From Vicugna vicugna (lineage: Eukaryota): DNA of 64,000 bases. The notes beneath the pieces were generated by a model. It worked only from the letters and a program-made list of their open reading frames with translations. It ran no database searches and was not told the DNA's origin. A program made the position numbers and the translations under genes. Shown one piece after another: positions 38,961 to 52,665 of this stretch. Numbering within the stretch: the stretch's first letter is position 1; each line of letters opens with the position of its first letter. The DNA lies in the NCBI GenBank assembly GCA_013265495.1, contig MU058658.1:557059-621058 (forward strand), written 5' to 3'.

Positions 38961-39420
38961 CTTTCCATCATTGCATAAGTTTCTACTCCAACTTCCAACC
39001 CTGGCTTATCCCTCACACCCCTCCTGATTGGTCCATCCCATCACTCTCCAGTATTGGCCTACACTTCATGTCCTTAAATACCAGCTCCTCTCAGTGACAG
39101 TCGAGTTTCCTGGGCCTGGACATACCCTTCCACACAGCACACACGGCCCTGTTGCAAACCATTCCTGGAGGAGTGAGTTGTGGACCTCTGGCCCCTCCCT
39201 GTGCCACACAGAGTAGAGGACAAGGAGACGGGCCACAAGTAAATTCTTCGAAGACAGACCTCCACCCAGAAGAAGGCGGTTTCCATCTAGCTGAGGACCT
39301 GGGAACAATCTCTGGCAGAAATGAATGACTACCCTTCTGCATTCCTGTACCTTCCCCCTTCTCTTTTTATTAATAAAAGAAGTGTTTTGCCAGTGTCCCT
39401 GATATACATACTCCCTACTG
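38960..39420 (+). mobile_element. Probable LTR abutting the KRAB-B remnant
   Basis: ATTGG boxes, TTAAATA and a downstream AATAAA (~39372) in LTR-like order; family not identified. Confidence 0.4.
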
Positions 39421-40064
39421 TGGGCAGTTTCAAACTATTACCAGAACTAAACTCACTTCAAGAGGCAAGATGCCCTTAGAGAGATTGATCACATAAAGAT
39501 CAGGGTGGTCTTAGGTGTAGGGAAAGATGATAGGTAGAGAAAAGGTGATTGTAATTGATGTGTGCAGCTGTATCCCATGGCATGCTTAAAAATGGAGGCC
39601 CTTAACGAGATCCCTGCACAGGCCCAGTGGTTCCTGAAATGCAGGGTTTGATAAAGCTTTTGCACAGGTGTACACTTCTGAAACCAAAAGTTTTTTCCTT
39701 AACCTATAAAATTGGCATTAGAATATTTTTTCAACTCAAATTACTGGGTCATTTTTGCATAGGCCCTACCCCCACATTCCTTCCGTTTCTAGACCACTCC
39801 CTTACTCAATTAATACTTTGGTCAAATATCCTTCCTCTGTATGGTAGGATTTCTCTCTGCCTGTCTTTACTAGGAGACTTGTGAGTACATTACTAGGCAT
39901 ACATAGATAAGTTCAAACTAATCCCATCTCAATATTCCTCATCACATTTACGTAATACCAAATAAGGTAATGTTTACAAGGTACAGGATGAGGACACAGA
40001 CATCTTCACGGGACGTTTAATCGTCTTAAAAATGTGTTTGAAGTATATTCAATTCCATACACAG

Positions 40065-40555
40065 AGGGGACTCTAATTCAAAAAGACACATGCACCCCTA
40101 GTGTTCATTAAAGAACCTGCGTGTGTATATACACTATATATAGTGTGTACATACAGTAGAGTACCACTCAACCGTAAAAAAATTAGTGCCATTATGTAGC
40201 AACATGGATGGACCTGGAGATCGTCATCTCTAAGTAAACCAGCCAGAGAAAGAAAAATACCATAGGATAACCACTCAAGTGGAATCTTAAAACACACACA
40301 AATGAAGTCACCTACAATACAGAAACAGACTCAGACGGAGTAAACAAACTCCTAGTTACCTGGGGGGAAAGGGATAAATTGGGAGTTCAAAATCTGCAGA
40401 TACACATATAAAACAAATTTCTTCTATATAGCCCCAGGAACTGTTCACGGTATTTTCAATATCTTGAAAAAGGATACGAAAACAAACATGTACGACAGAA
40501 ACACTGCTGTACACCAGAAACTGAGGTAACGTTGTACATAAACATACTGCAATTA
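40065..40555 (+). mobile_element. L1 3' end
   Basis: AAAAGACACATGCACCCC...GCAACATGGATGGACCTGGAGAT...TGTACACCAGAAACTGA. Confidence 0.85.
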
Positions 40556-41204
40556 GGATATGAATGACCTTTTCAAAAATTCTAATTTGTCACTTCCTGG
40601 GGTCCTCTACCTGATAGATTTGCCACCTTCTCAATTTCTCCTAAATTGGATCCGATACTGTTTAACGTGCTGACCATTGCTGGGGAAATGATTTAACGAA
40701 AAAACCGCCAACCCAGGAAGTCTCCACAAAGTCAGGAGAGAAAGAAAACAGCTTTACGGGCATCTTCATTGTATAGTCAAGAAGGCAGAGTTCTCAAGAT
40801 AAACCTAGTCTTTTAGTGAGAGCATCACTTGTTACAGTTTATCCTAAATGTGCCTGGGAATCTAGGGGATGTTCTGCGGTAGCTCTTCGCTTTTTATCCA
40901 AAGGAATTCTGGAATTTCTCACCCATCTGTCTATGTCGGGACAGGTAGGAGGGGCCTGCCTTCATCTTTTCTTTCCATAGAGGTGGCGCCAAATCTTTAG
41001 AGAAACCCTTAGTTGGGGAGGATATAGCTCAAATGGTAGCGTGAATATACAGTATGTAGTAATGTTACTAGGTTCACTCCCCAGTCCCTTCAAAAAAAAA
41101 AATTAAGTATATAGACCTCATTAGCCCCCAAAATTAGTTTAAAAAAAAACTCTTAAAACCCGATTTTAAAGGAAGATATTTTCACCTATTACAGTTTGGG
41201 GGAG

Positions 41205-42040
41205 CCCTGGGGGCCGGGCTGCAGCGCTAACTTGGGGAGAACAAGTGACCACGCCTGGCTCCGGGGCAGCCCGGCCCCAGCGCTGCGCCCCCCGTATGCT
41301 CTGCCCGACTCACGTGGACCCGCGTGAGACGGAGCGGCCCGGGTGCGCCTCCACGGGTCTCCTGCGCGGGCAAGCCCGTTCCGTCAGGGTCTCCGGATCC
41401 GGACTCGGGACAAATTCCGCGGAGGCCCCTCCGCCCACCGTGACCCTCTCGAGTCCAACCTGAGCTCGTCGCGCCCTCCGCGGGCCTCCCCGCCCGGCCC
41501 AGCCGGTTCTCACCTCCGGAGTACCGGCTTCCGGACACGTTCACCCTCACCTCTCCAGCAGAGGCCGGGCCCCGGTCGGTCTCCTCACCCGGAGGAGCCC
41601 CGCGGAGGCTGCTCTACGGGCCGGACGGCCCCTCACCCGAGCCCCGGAGCCCGACGGGGGCAAGTCCCCGCAATCCTACGGATCCAATCTCCGGCGAGAG
41701 CACATCGCATACCCACTCCTCAAGGCCGGGATGATCCTGCCCGCGCCGCCGAACTCTCGGAACTCTGGCTCGGGCACTGCGACAGAATCCCTCCCTTTGC
41801 GAAGGACTCCGGAGCTCGGGAGGGACGCGATAATGTAAAAGTGGCCGCCAGGCGGCGCTCGACAACCGTCGCGAATGTCAGTAGGACGGGTCCGGATCGC
41901 GGGGCGGCGAGGGCCCACCGCTAGACGCCCGGATGCCCGACCTCGTCCCGGCCCACCTCCCAGCGCGTCTCACGGCCCCGAGTTACAAACCCGCAGCCTG
42001 GGACTCCAGAACGTGCGTTTTCTGTAGCGGGGCGCTCACT
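41205..42040. promoter_or_regulatory. CpG island, promoter-like, probably firing on the minus strand
   Basis: Abrupt GC- and CpG-rich ~830 bp block; minus-strand YY1-like GCGGCCACTTT (~41838-41848) and donor-like CAC|GTGAGT (41313-41308). Confidence 0.8.
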
Positions 42041-43149
42041 GCTAGTTCTTCGGGCCTCTGCAGTCATGAAGGCACAGCCCCGGTTCTCTCAGCTTCCTGA
42101 CCTCTCATGGGACAGGTTTCCTACGTCCCTACTTGGCACACTGGGCCTCTCATGTCCCTGGGGAACTTCAAATGGCATTAGTCTCTCCGGTCCTCAGTCA
42201 CCTCCATAAATTAAATCCCTGGGAGCACATTCGTACACAGTTATAAATCTGGGAAGAGATTTAAATAAAATATTTAGCTTTTTGAAAGATTTATATACAT
42301 CCCAAAGGGACAAAGAATTTACAATTATTTGCTAAAGGAACATGGATAGATCTGGAGATCATCATTCTAAGTGAAGTAAGCCAGAAAGAGAAAGAAAAAT
42401 GCCATATGATATCACTTATATGTGGAATCTAAAAAAAAAAAAGGGACACAAATGAACGTACTATTTTTAACTTAGGTGATTGCTTTTGTGAATATACATA
42501 AGCACATTTGACTGTCCTTTATGACTGGATTACTGCATTCTGTTGATTTTTATTTTGTGGTTGGCTTTATTCCTTTGATAACAATGTAAGTTGAAAAAGC
42601 TAAAGCTGTAACTGTTCTTAGAAACAATGAACAGTACACATGTGTAAATGTTAAAATGTATGTATGTGCTGTATATTGTATATATGTATTTGCATGCAGT
42701 ATATTGTATATGTGCAGTCAAATTGCAACAATTCTACTTAATAAAGGTGAAAAATGAGGGTGAAAATTTGCTAAGGGAAATGCTCTAAGAGTGGAGAAAG
42801 TGCTCTACTTTTTTTTGCAAAAGGGAGACTTTATTCTTAATTTGCTTTCACTATTATACCTATCCCCCATATTTCCTGTAAACTAGATATTGATGGGATG
42901 GGGAATTCAGGTCTAGTGCCGGTGGACATCTGTGCCATTTGACACTCCTGGAGATACACAGGGTGTGACCAGTGTGTGAATATTCACTAGGCAGCAGTAA
43001 GCAGGGAAGGGGTGGAGTTAAACTGGTTAAACCAAAGTGTGCTTTGTTTTCCAGAAATTGTTAAGTTGCAGAAAGTTCCAAATACCAGATATTGTGAAAA
43101 GGTTACAGCACATCCCAGTGAACATAACACAGTAAAACCAAACAACCTA

Positions 43150-46100
43150 GGGAACCTAGAGTTCCCTGTGCTATACAGTAGGTCCTTGTTGTTTATCTGT
43201 TTTCTGTATAGTGCTGAGTATCTGTTAATACCAAACTTCTAATTTCTCTCTCATCCTCTTTTCTCTTTTGGTAACCATAAGGTTTTTTGTCTGTGAGTCT
43301 GTTTCTGTTTTGGAAATAAGTTCATTTATCTTTTTTTTTTAAGATTCCACATATAAGTAATATATTTGTCTTTGTCTGACTTACTTCATTTAGTATGATA
43401 ATCTCTAGGTCCATCCACGTTGTTGCTAATGGCATTATATTATTCTTTTCATGGCTGAGTAATATTCGTGTGTGTGTGTGTGTGTGTAGATATAGATATA
43501 GTTATCTTTCAACTTATTTATCCATTTATCTGTTTATGAAAAATTAGGATGCTTCTATGCCTCAGCTAGTGTGAATAATGCTTCTATAAACATTAGATTC
43601 CATGTACTTTTCAAATTACTTTTGTCAGGATATATGCCCAGCAATAAGACTGCTGGATCATACGGTAAATCTATTTTTAGCTTTTCAGCAAACTCCATAA
43701 GAAATAATGTTTACTTAGTACTTCTGACCATGTTTTTGATTGGATTGTTTGGGTTTTTTTTACATTGAGTAGCATGAGCTGTTCATATATTTAGGATATT
43801 GACCACTTATTGGTCATATCACTTGCAAATATTTTCTCCCATTCCATAAGTTGTCTTTTTGTCTTGTCAATAGTTTCCTTTGTGGTGCAAAAGCTTTTAA
43901 ATTTAATTAGGTCCCATTTGTTTATTTTTGCTTTTACTTATTTTGTGCTAGGTAACAGATCAAAAAATATTGCTACAACTTATGTCAAAGAGCATTCCAC
44001 CTATGTTCTCTTCTAGATATTTTCTGGTTTCAGGTCTTATATTTAGGTCTTAAATTCATTTTGAGTTTATTTTTGTATATGGTGTGAGGTAATGGTCAAA
44101 TCTGTTTTACATGTGGCTGTCCAGTTTTCCTGGCCCACTTCTGGAACAGATTGCATTTTCTCCCTTATATTCTTGCTTCCTTTGTTATACATTTATTGAC
44201 CATAGGTGCATGCACTTATTTCTGGGCTCTCTGTTCAATGCCATTAATCTATGTGTCTGTTTTTCTGCCAGTACTATGCAGTTTGATTACTACAGTTTGG
44301 TAGTATAATCTGAAGTCTGGGAGGGTGATACCTTCAGCTTTGCTTTTTCTTCAAATGATTTGCAATGGTTGATTGCTTGTTTGTCCTTTTTTTCTCATAG
44401 CCTGTGAATTTTAGGATTTTTTCTACGTTTTTGAAAATGTCATGAGTCTGTGGATATAGAATGCATTACATCTGTAAATTGCTTTGTGTAGTATGGCCAT
44501 TTTAACAATACTAATTCTTACAATCCAAGAGCACATGCTGATTATCCATTTCTTTGTATTGTCATCAATCTCCTTCATCCGTGTTTTATAGTTTTCTAGG
44601 TGTATGTCTTTCACCCCCTTGGTTAATTTCATTCCTAGGTGTTACATTCTTTTTGAAGCAGTTTTAAAAGATATTTTACTTTCTTTTTCTGATACTACAT
44701 TATTAGTGTATAGGAACAAAAGATTTCTCGATTTTGATCCTCAGTATCCTATAACTTTGCTGAATTCATTAGTTTTAATACCTTTTGTGTGGAGAATTTA
44801 GGCTTTTTTATATAAGGTATCATGACACCTGCAAATAGTTGACAGTTTTACCTCTTCCCTTAAAATTTGGATGCATTTTCTTTCTCCTATTTACTGTGGA
44901 TAGGGCGTCCAATAAAAAGTTAAATGTAAGTGGTGAGAGTGGGATTTTTTTTTTAATGTAGGTACTGGGAATTGAACACAGGACCTCACTCATGTTAGGC
45001 ACATGCTCTACCACTGACCTACTACACTCCCCCAAAGAGTGGGAATTTTTCACTCCTTCCTGAATTTAAGAGAAAGGCTCTTGGCTTGTTACCATTGATT
45101 ATGATGCTGGCTGTGGGTGTATCCAAAAATGGCCTTTATTCTCTTGACATATATTTCCTCCTTACCCATTTTGATGAGTTTTTATCATATCATAAATGGA
45201 TACTGAATTTTGTCAATTTTTTTCTGTCTATTGAGGTAATTGTGTGATTTTTATCCTTCCTTTTGTTAATGGGGTGACTCGTAATGATTGGCTTGGGAAT
45301 GCTGAATCATTCTTAGGACCGTGAAATAAATGCAAATTGATCATGGTGTATGATCCTTTTAAAATATTGTTGGATTCAGTTTGCTAGTATTTTTTTGAGG
45401 AGTTTTGCGTCTATATTCACCAAAGATAGTGGCCTGTAATTTTCTTTTTCTTTTCTTTTTATAGCGTCTCGTCTGGTTTTGGTATTAGGTTAGCAGTGAT
45501 TTTGTAGAATCAATTTGGCAGTGTTCCGTTCTCTTTTGGAATTCTTTTGGAATAGCTTGAGAAGGTGCTTCTATATTGGGTTCATATATATTAGTGAGTA
45601 TAATATCCTCATTTTTTAGTGGTCCCCTTATGATTATTACTGGCCTTCTTTGTCTTTAGACACACCCTTTGTTTTAAAGTCTATTTTGTCTGATATGACC
45701 AGTTCCCCTCCACCCTTTTTCTAGTCATTTTGCTTTTCATGAAATAATTTTTTCCATCGCTTCACTTTGTGTGTTTTTAGCCCTGAAGTCAGTCTCTTGT
45801 AGGTTGCATTTGGAAGGGTCTTTTTAAAATCCAATCACCTACAATGTCTTTTGATTAGAGCATTTATTCCTTTGACATTTAATGTAAATAATGATAAGTA
45901 TGTACTTATTTCCATTTTATTACTTGTTTTCTTGTTGTTTTTTGTAGTACTCTTCATTTCCTGTTTCTTCTCACAGTTTGATGTTTTCTTTAGGACTATG
46001 CTTCTGTTCCTTTTTTTTTTGCTTATCTGTTGTAGGCTTTTGATTTATGGTTACCAATCGGTTCGTATAATATGACCCATAATTATGCCTACTTGTTTTA

Positions 46101-47660
46101 AACTGTTAGTCATTTAACTTCAAATACATTCTAAAATGTCTTCATTTTTTACTCCCCTCCCACACATTTTGTGGTTTTGATGTCATATTTTACATCTTCA
46201 TGCCCATCCCTTAAATGTTTTTTTGTAGTTATAGCTGCTTGTACACTTCTTTTATATTTTAATCTGCTGACCAGCTTATTTAAGTGATCTTCATTCGTTA
46301 ATATACATTTCCCTTTCCTGTAGATTCTTTCTTCTTTTCCATTTAGAGAATACTCTTCAACATTACTTTTAGGGTCAGGTTAGTATTATTTCTTTAGGTT
46401 TTTGCTTGTCTGGACATTCTTCATCTCTCTTTCTATACTAAATGGTAATCTGACTGGGTAGAGTATCTTAGGTTGCAGGGTTCTCCCTTTCAGTATTTGA
46501 ATATGTCAAGCCTGCCAAGGCTTGGACTGCCAAGTATCAGCAGAGAAATCAGCTGACAGCCTGTGGGGATTCTCTCGTAGATGACTGTTTTTCACCTGCT
46601 GCATTTAGAATTCTCTTTCACTTCTGCCATTGTAATTTTGATACGTCTTAGTTCAGGACTGTTTGGGTTCATGTTGATTGGGAAGCTATGTACTTCCTGT
46701 ACATGGGTTTCTGTTTCCTTTTTCAAATTAGGGAAGTTTTCATCCATAATTTTTTCAATACATTTGCAATCCCATTCTCTTCTCCTTCTGGAACCCCTGT
46801 AATTTGAATGTTGAATTCTAAATATACTCCTAGAGATCTCTTAGACTGCTTTCATTTTGAAAAATTTGTTTTTCTTTCTGCCTGGGTGAGTTCCATTATT
46901 CTATCTTCCAGACGATCTATGCATTCTTCTCTATGACTTGCATTGTTACTCATTACTCCTAGTGAGATTTCTATATTGGCCATTGAGTTATTATTCCCTG
47001 GGTCTTTGTATATTCTGGGCTGCTTCTGATGTACTGGTGGAGAAGTAAGAGACAATGGCCACTGAAGTCCCACTCAGGCTCTGGCCCAGGTTACCTTTGG
47101 GTCCCAGGGTTGAATGTTTTCTTGGCTGACACAGATCCATTGTCATGAGGGTGTGGAGTTAGCAGAGCCAGTACATTGGACCTGATCAGCCAAGGGGGTG
47201 TGGTTAGAGGATCAGAGGAAACAAGTAGCTGCTAAATCAAACCTCCCTCTTCCCAGCATCAAGGGCAGGCAGTATACACATTCCTTCCAAGCAGGGTCCA
47301 GGCTTCTCCAGGGTCTCTGGCTGTCCCACTGGTGTTCCAACCACTCAAGAAAGTTTATCTCCAAGACACAGACCCTAGGACTGGGAGCCAAATCCGTGGC
47401 TTGACCCACTTGCTCCCCATGCTGGGTGTCTGCCCCTGCAATCGCCCTTCTTCTCTGAGTCCCCACCTCCAGACCCAATTACTTTTCTTCCCTATCTACC
47501 CACTTGTGTCTGTATCTTTCTTACAGCCATGAGTGTATACAAGTTCCTCAGCCAGTATCCAGATAATTTTCAGCAAGAATTGCTTCACATCTAGATGTAT
47601 ATTTGATTATTTGTGGGGGAAAGTTGGTACCACAGCCTCTTACTCTGTCATTTTGATCAC
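43150..47660 (-). mobile_element. Internally deleted L1 (3' end, ORF2 pieces, ORF1, 5'UTR-like), with nested SINE ~44945-45033
   Basis: ORF 44423..44632 LTKGVKDIHLENYKTRMKEI...CSWIVRISIVKMAILHKAIYR (ORF2); ORF1-like IDRLEDRIMELTQAE at ~46.9 kb. Confidence 0.88.
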
Positions 47661-47744
47661 CTCTCAGGTGTTCCATAATTAATGAAAACAAACAAATGAA
47701 AAATGAACTTATGTTATTCAGAGAAAAAAAGTCTCTTCCTTTAT

Positions 47745-48378
47745 TGAACAAGCTTTAGTCACACTCCACTGAGCTCTCTTCCCTCCTAGACCTGAACCTG
47801 GTATGCATCCCCGAAGGGCATACTTAGCTCAACTTTATACAGATATCTGCAAAGTCAGCTTAGTAAGAGTAACACCATGCTGATCATCTGATCAAACCCT
47901 CATTTCCTACCCTTGGTATCTGATCTCTCTAGCCATTCTTCAGCAAGATTCTTGTTAAGTCAGTTTAGCATAAAAACTCCTCACTTTTTTTTTTAATTCA
48001 ACCATCATACTTGATGTTTCCTGTTAGTAATTTTCCATTCACTGACCCCTTCACTCAGCTCCTTGGCTACAGATCCGCAGCTGTCTTTACTTAAAGTTGA
48101 ACTAAGTCCTCCAATATTGTAATAACCTTGACACCTATCTCAAAAATCCAGGATAAAATATTTCTTACCATTTTAACAAGTGTCAACTGTAATGCACAGG
48201 GAACTGTATTCAATATCTTGTAGTAACTTAATGTGGAAAAGAATATAAAAATGAACGTATGTGTGTTCATGTATGACTGAAGCATTGTACTGTACGAGTT
48301 GACAGAACATTGTAAACTGACTATATTTACATATATATGTATAATGGGGGGGTGTCAAAATAAGTTTTCCTCAACACT
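47745..48378 (+). mobile_element. MER31-like ERV1 LTR with nested L1 3' piece (~48186-48350)
   Basis: TTAGTAATTTTCCATTCACTGACCCC...CTCCTTGGCTAC...CTTACCATTTTAACAAGTGTCA. Confidence 0.7.
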
Positions 48379-48784
48379 GTTAATTCCATTTTAGTCAAAC
48401 CAGATCATACTTCTGTAAGCGTGGACAAAGGATGGAAGGACCCTTATCCACCTCCCAAAAGAGGCACCTACAGGGCCACCTGAGCACTGAGGGAATTGCA
48501 TCAAACATGTGCCCTCTCCAGTCCTCTAAATCCAAGGGTGAAATTGATATTCCATTTCAGATCTGGTGAAAGGTCTGAAGCCAAGGGCTAACGGGGGGCT
48601 TCCTCAAGATCACATCCCCAGAGAGGGCTCAGAGAGACTCCACAGGGAGGGCTCTGGACTTGGCAGCCCCTGCTTGTCCCTCTGCTTTGGTCCAAGAACA
48701 CAGGTTCTCAGGGTCTTTTCAGGAGTCCCATTTCTTCCCCATCAAACTGTGGAGGGGACTGAGGGTGTTCAGGTAAAGCAGAAA

Positions 48785-49740
48785 GTGGAAAGTTTAGGGA
48801 CAGCACAGGAGTTGGATGAGTCTGAGGTGGCAACACAGCATGAAGATGCCCCTGCTTTAACCATGAGCAAAAAGACCATTTGTTGGGAGGAAACTGAGTC
48901 CCACAAAGGGTGTGTTGTCTCCTTGTGAACTCCTAGCAATGGACAGGGATTTAGGATTCATGCCCTGGTTCTGGGCATGAAGACTCTGGTCACTGCACTC
49001 CTCTTTGCCTCCTGAGCTCTGGAAACGCAAACACCTTGTCCATGCTAACACCCTCTTTCCCCCAGCCAGAGGGCTCTGCTCATGTCCCCATCTGATGCTG
49101 ATGGTCAGACTATCTTTTCACTGATGGCTTTCCTGTGAGTGACCTGTTATCTACCCAACTCACCCAGTGTTCAGAATCTGTTACCCTCATTTCTGAAACT
49201 AGAGGTCTGCTGCTCAGAGACACTGAGGCACTATGACAAGGGAACAGAGCTGCCAGGCCATTTATGAGTGGTCCCTCAACACTGCACAAGTCTACAGGCT
49301 TCTCTCCCCACCACCCGACCCAGCAGGGACTCCAACTCCTTCAATTACCTACCCCACATGTGCATCTCCACCAGGGCCTCAAGGCCCACCTCCCCCAATG
49401 CACATCTCCTTCCTGCAAACACCTTTCTTCTCCTCAAGTTCTTCACAGGGACAGCAGCACTGAACTAGACACCCTGGACAGGGTCATCAATGTCACTCCA
49501 GATGTGACCTCACTGCCATATGCAGTCATTTGTTTTCAAGGTCCTGTCCATCTGTTTCATAAGCCCGCTTCAAGAGGTTCCTTCTGCCTCATTGCCCAGT
49601 TGTCCTGGTCACTATTCTTGGCACCGTGAAAGACACTGAAGAACTAAGGATGTCCGATGCGGCCCCGTCCCTGAGGCTCTTCCTCTAACTTCCTGACCCA
49701 TCACCCCACTGCTGCTTCCACTCCATTAGAAAAATACAGT
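48785..49740 (+). repeat. Inverted repeat, left arm (~0.95 kb)
   Basis: Colinear with reverse complement of 51555-52570; exact shared words TCTGGTCACTGCACTC, CCTCATTTCTGAAACT, ACAGGGACAGCAGCACT. Confidence 0.9.
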
Positions 49741-50649
49741 CAAGAAGGTGCCCTCCTTTCCTCAAGACCTACACTTGACCAACCTTATTCTAAATGCTGA
49801 GGGCTGAATGCAGGCTGACACATTCCAGATAGCCTGTAAGTATCCCACCGCAGGTCCTCCTCCTTCTCAAAGCTACTCACACGAGTCTCCAAATTGTACT
49901 GAGGTATTTACTGAGTCCCTGATCTGAACTCCATCAGTGCATCATCAAACATGGAGTGATGTGGGAGAAGTCCTTTCCAAGCCAGTCTGCACCCACATCA
50001 CAGGTGATCCACAGAGACTGTGTGATTGTGTGCATGGCTTATACACTAGACTGTTGGGTATCCCTATCACATGTCTGTTCCAGTCTCCCTGGAGTGTTTA
50101 CGCATTTGTGTGACCACACTTGATGTGGCGGGCCAGTACATTACATTTCCCCAACAGGGCCTCACTGCTGTCACACATCCTTTGTGCAGTGGTGTATCAG
50201 TTGTAGGTAAAAGCTGCATTGAAGGGTATTAGCATTCAAAATCTGTCACACTGAGTCCCCAATTGTGCTAGTATACAGTAATAGTTAGAATACATTTATA
50301 CATAATGGAGTATGAAAGGGCTCTTTGATTTCAGAAATGCATTCTAAGATATGCATTCAACAACATACCTGAAATTATAAACTAAAACCCACTAAGTGCA
50401 TGATACACACACACACAAGCATGGAAATGATAAATGATGTGAGACTGGGGAAGGGTTCATCAGGCTTCAAATACAGTTATTCTGTTTATACTTATGTTGA
50501 AAAATAGTCGTTACAAATTTGATTATGTTCCTGAGTCAATGCTGAGCATGACTTAAAAATTGTAGGAGGAAGCGTAGTGTCAGGAGTGTACAAGAATGTC
50601 ACTACATCAAAATGTACATTTTAAATACGTGAAATTAAAGTCAACATTC

Positions 50650-51300
50650 ATTAAACTATTTAAAAAGACATACAAAACCTGTCACTTTATCATCATTGTA
50701 CTATGGTTTATTAGTTACATTCTTAAAATTATCTGCAGCTAAGGTACCTAGTGTGATGGAAACAGAATACACTGGGCTACTGGGAATGCTTCTGAACTCC
50801 ATGCTCCGTGACAAGCTGGTAATTTGACATTGCCTACATTGGGAGTATTTACACCAGGGAAATAGGGCAATTGGTTAACATTACAAACCAGGGTTTGATT
50901 CTGTTATCGAATGTCTGGACTTAAAGAGTGAGTGATGGGGGATGGTATACCTCAAGCGGTAGAGTGCATGCTTAGCATGCACAAGGTCCTGGGTTCAATT
51001 CCCACTACCTCCTCTAAAACATAAATAAATAAATAAACCTAATAACCCCCGTCTCAAAAAAAAAGAGTGAGGGACTATATGTTAATAATACAGATTGATC
51101 TTAAATGTGTATAAACTATGTGGCCATTACATTTTGCATAGGACATTGAAGAAAAATGAGAAAATATTTTAGTATTCCAAATCACTATTCCATGTAGAAA
51201 ATTAGTCATTCATATTATTGCTCAACGAGTGAAATTCCACAGATGTCTTTGCTATTTCCTATTCTTCTAATTGTCAATGAAAAAAAAATAGCCAAAATTC
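50650..51300 (+). mobile_element. MER63-like hAT-Blackjack DNA transposon with nested SINE (~50936-51064)
   Basis: TGGGAGTATTTACACCAGGGAAATAGGGCAA...TACAAACCAGGG. Confidence 0.65.
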
Positions 51301-51554
51301 AAAAAATTAAAAGTAGGAAAAATACAGGAACAGAAACTTAACTAAACAAGACACACAGGCAAAAAACAGACACATGAAAGAAACTCAACTTCAAGAATCC
51401 TGGGAGAGATGCAATTAAACTCATGATTTTAGAGTGGGGTTTTACAGTCTTCACTGAAGTGAGCAGCAGTGTTATCTTTCAACATAAGGTTGATGAAGTG
51501 TGTTTCCAGGTGGAGAGGGAAATTTCCTGCTGATTAATAATCATTAATCGGCGA

Positions 51555-52570
51555 TTTACATTTTCCTGGTAAGGTGGGAAGAGCAGTGGGGCAAGGCAAG
51601 GGGATGACAAGGAAGAGCCTTGGGGATGGGGATATGTGAGAGCCACAGTGGACACTCAGTCCTCCACTGCTTCACAGTACCCAGACCAGTGACCTCATCA
51701 ACTGAGAAACTATGTGACAGGGACATCCTGAAGGAAGATTTTTGAAGATGGACAAGTCCTTGGAAATAAATAACTATATATGGCAACTGAAAGCAGTATC
51801 ACTTCTGGGGTGACACCACATACCCTCTGGGGATGCCTGTGTTAGTGCTGCTGTCCCTGTTAGGAACTGCACAGGAGAGGTGTTCTCAGAAAGGAAATGT
51901 GTATGGGGGAGGTGGAAGTGGATGTCCTCGTGGAGATGCACAAGGGGTGTCATGATCAGGGAAAAGCAGATGTGTCTGGGCAGGAGAGGATCCCTGGAGT
52001 CCATGCTGGGAAGGACAGGATGAAGCCAGCAGATGTGGCGTCCTGAGGAACCACACTCATCAATTCCTCGACAGCTGTGTCCCCTTGTGAAAGTCCCTTA
52101 AACTCTCTGAGCAACAGATGCCAAGTTTCAGAAATGAGGACAATAACAGACTCTGAGCACTCGGTAGGTTGTGTAGATAAATGGAGTCATTTACAGAAAA
52201 CCATCAATGTTGGTTCTGAATGAAAGCATAGTCCTGTCCATCAGCATGAGATGGGAGTACGAGCAGGGTGCTTGGGGAGGGGAAACAGGATGTCAGGATG
52301 GACAAGGTGTTCTTTTAGGTTCTTTGAGCTGAGCTGGGAGGGAAAGAAGAGTGCAGTGACCAGAATCTCCATGCCCTGAACCAGGCTACCTGGCACTGAA
52401 TTCTAAATCCCTGTCCAAGCTGAGAGTTCACAAAATGACACACCCTCCCTGAGCCTCAGTTTCCTCCCTAGAAATGGTCTTTTGCCTGCACAATTAATAA
52501 CGCACCTCCATTCTCCCAAACCTTTTACCTCAAACTCCTACAGCCTCAGTGCCATCCTTATTCTCTACAT
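51555..52570 (-). repeat. Inverted repeat, right arm (in the presumptive ZNF 3'UTR)
   Basis: Reverse-complement match to 48785-49740. Confidence 0.9.
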
Positions 52571-52665
52571 TCACAAGGTCATTTCTTCATTGTGAACTTT
52601 CTCATGTTGAAGCAAATGGCTCTTTTGGAAAAAAGATGTATCACACTGCACTCATAAAGTGTTTC

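Noticed and set aside
40972..40992. CTCF-like CCATAGAGGTGGCGCCA
   Set aside because: Only the 3' half fits the consensus; cannot be supported without a matrix scan or ChIP data
41227..41924. Several overlapping ORFs (up to 193 aa) in the CpG island
   Set aside because: Low-complexity Pro/Arg/Gly translations expected from GC-rich DNA; no recognisable domain
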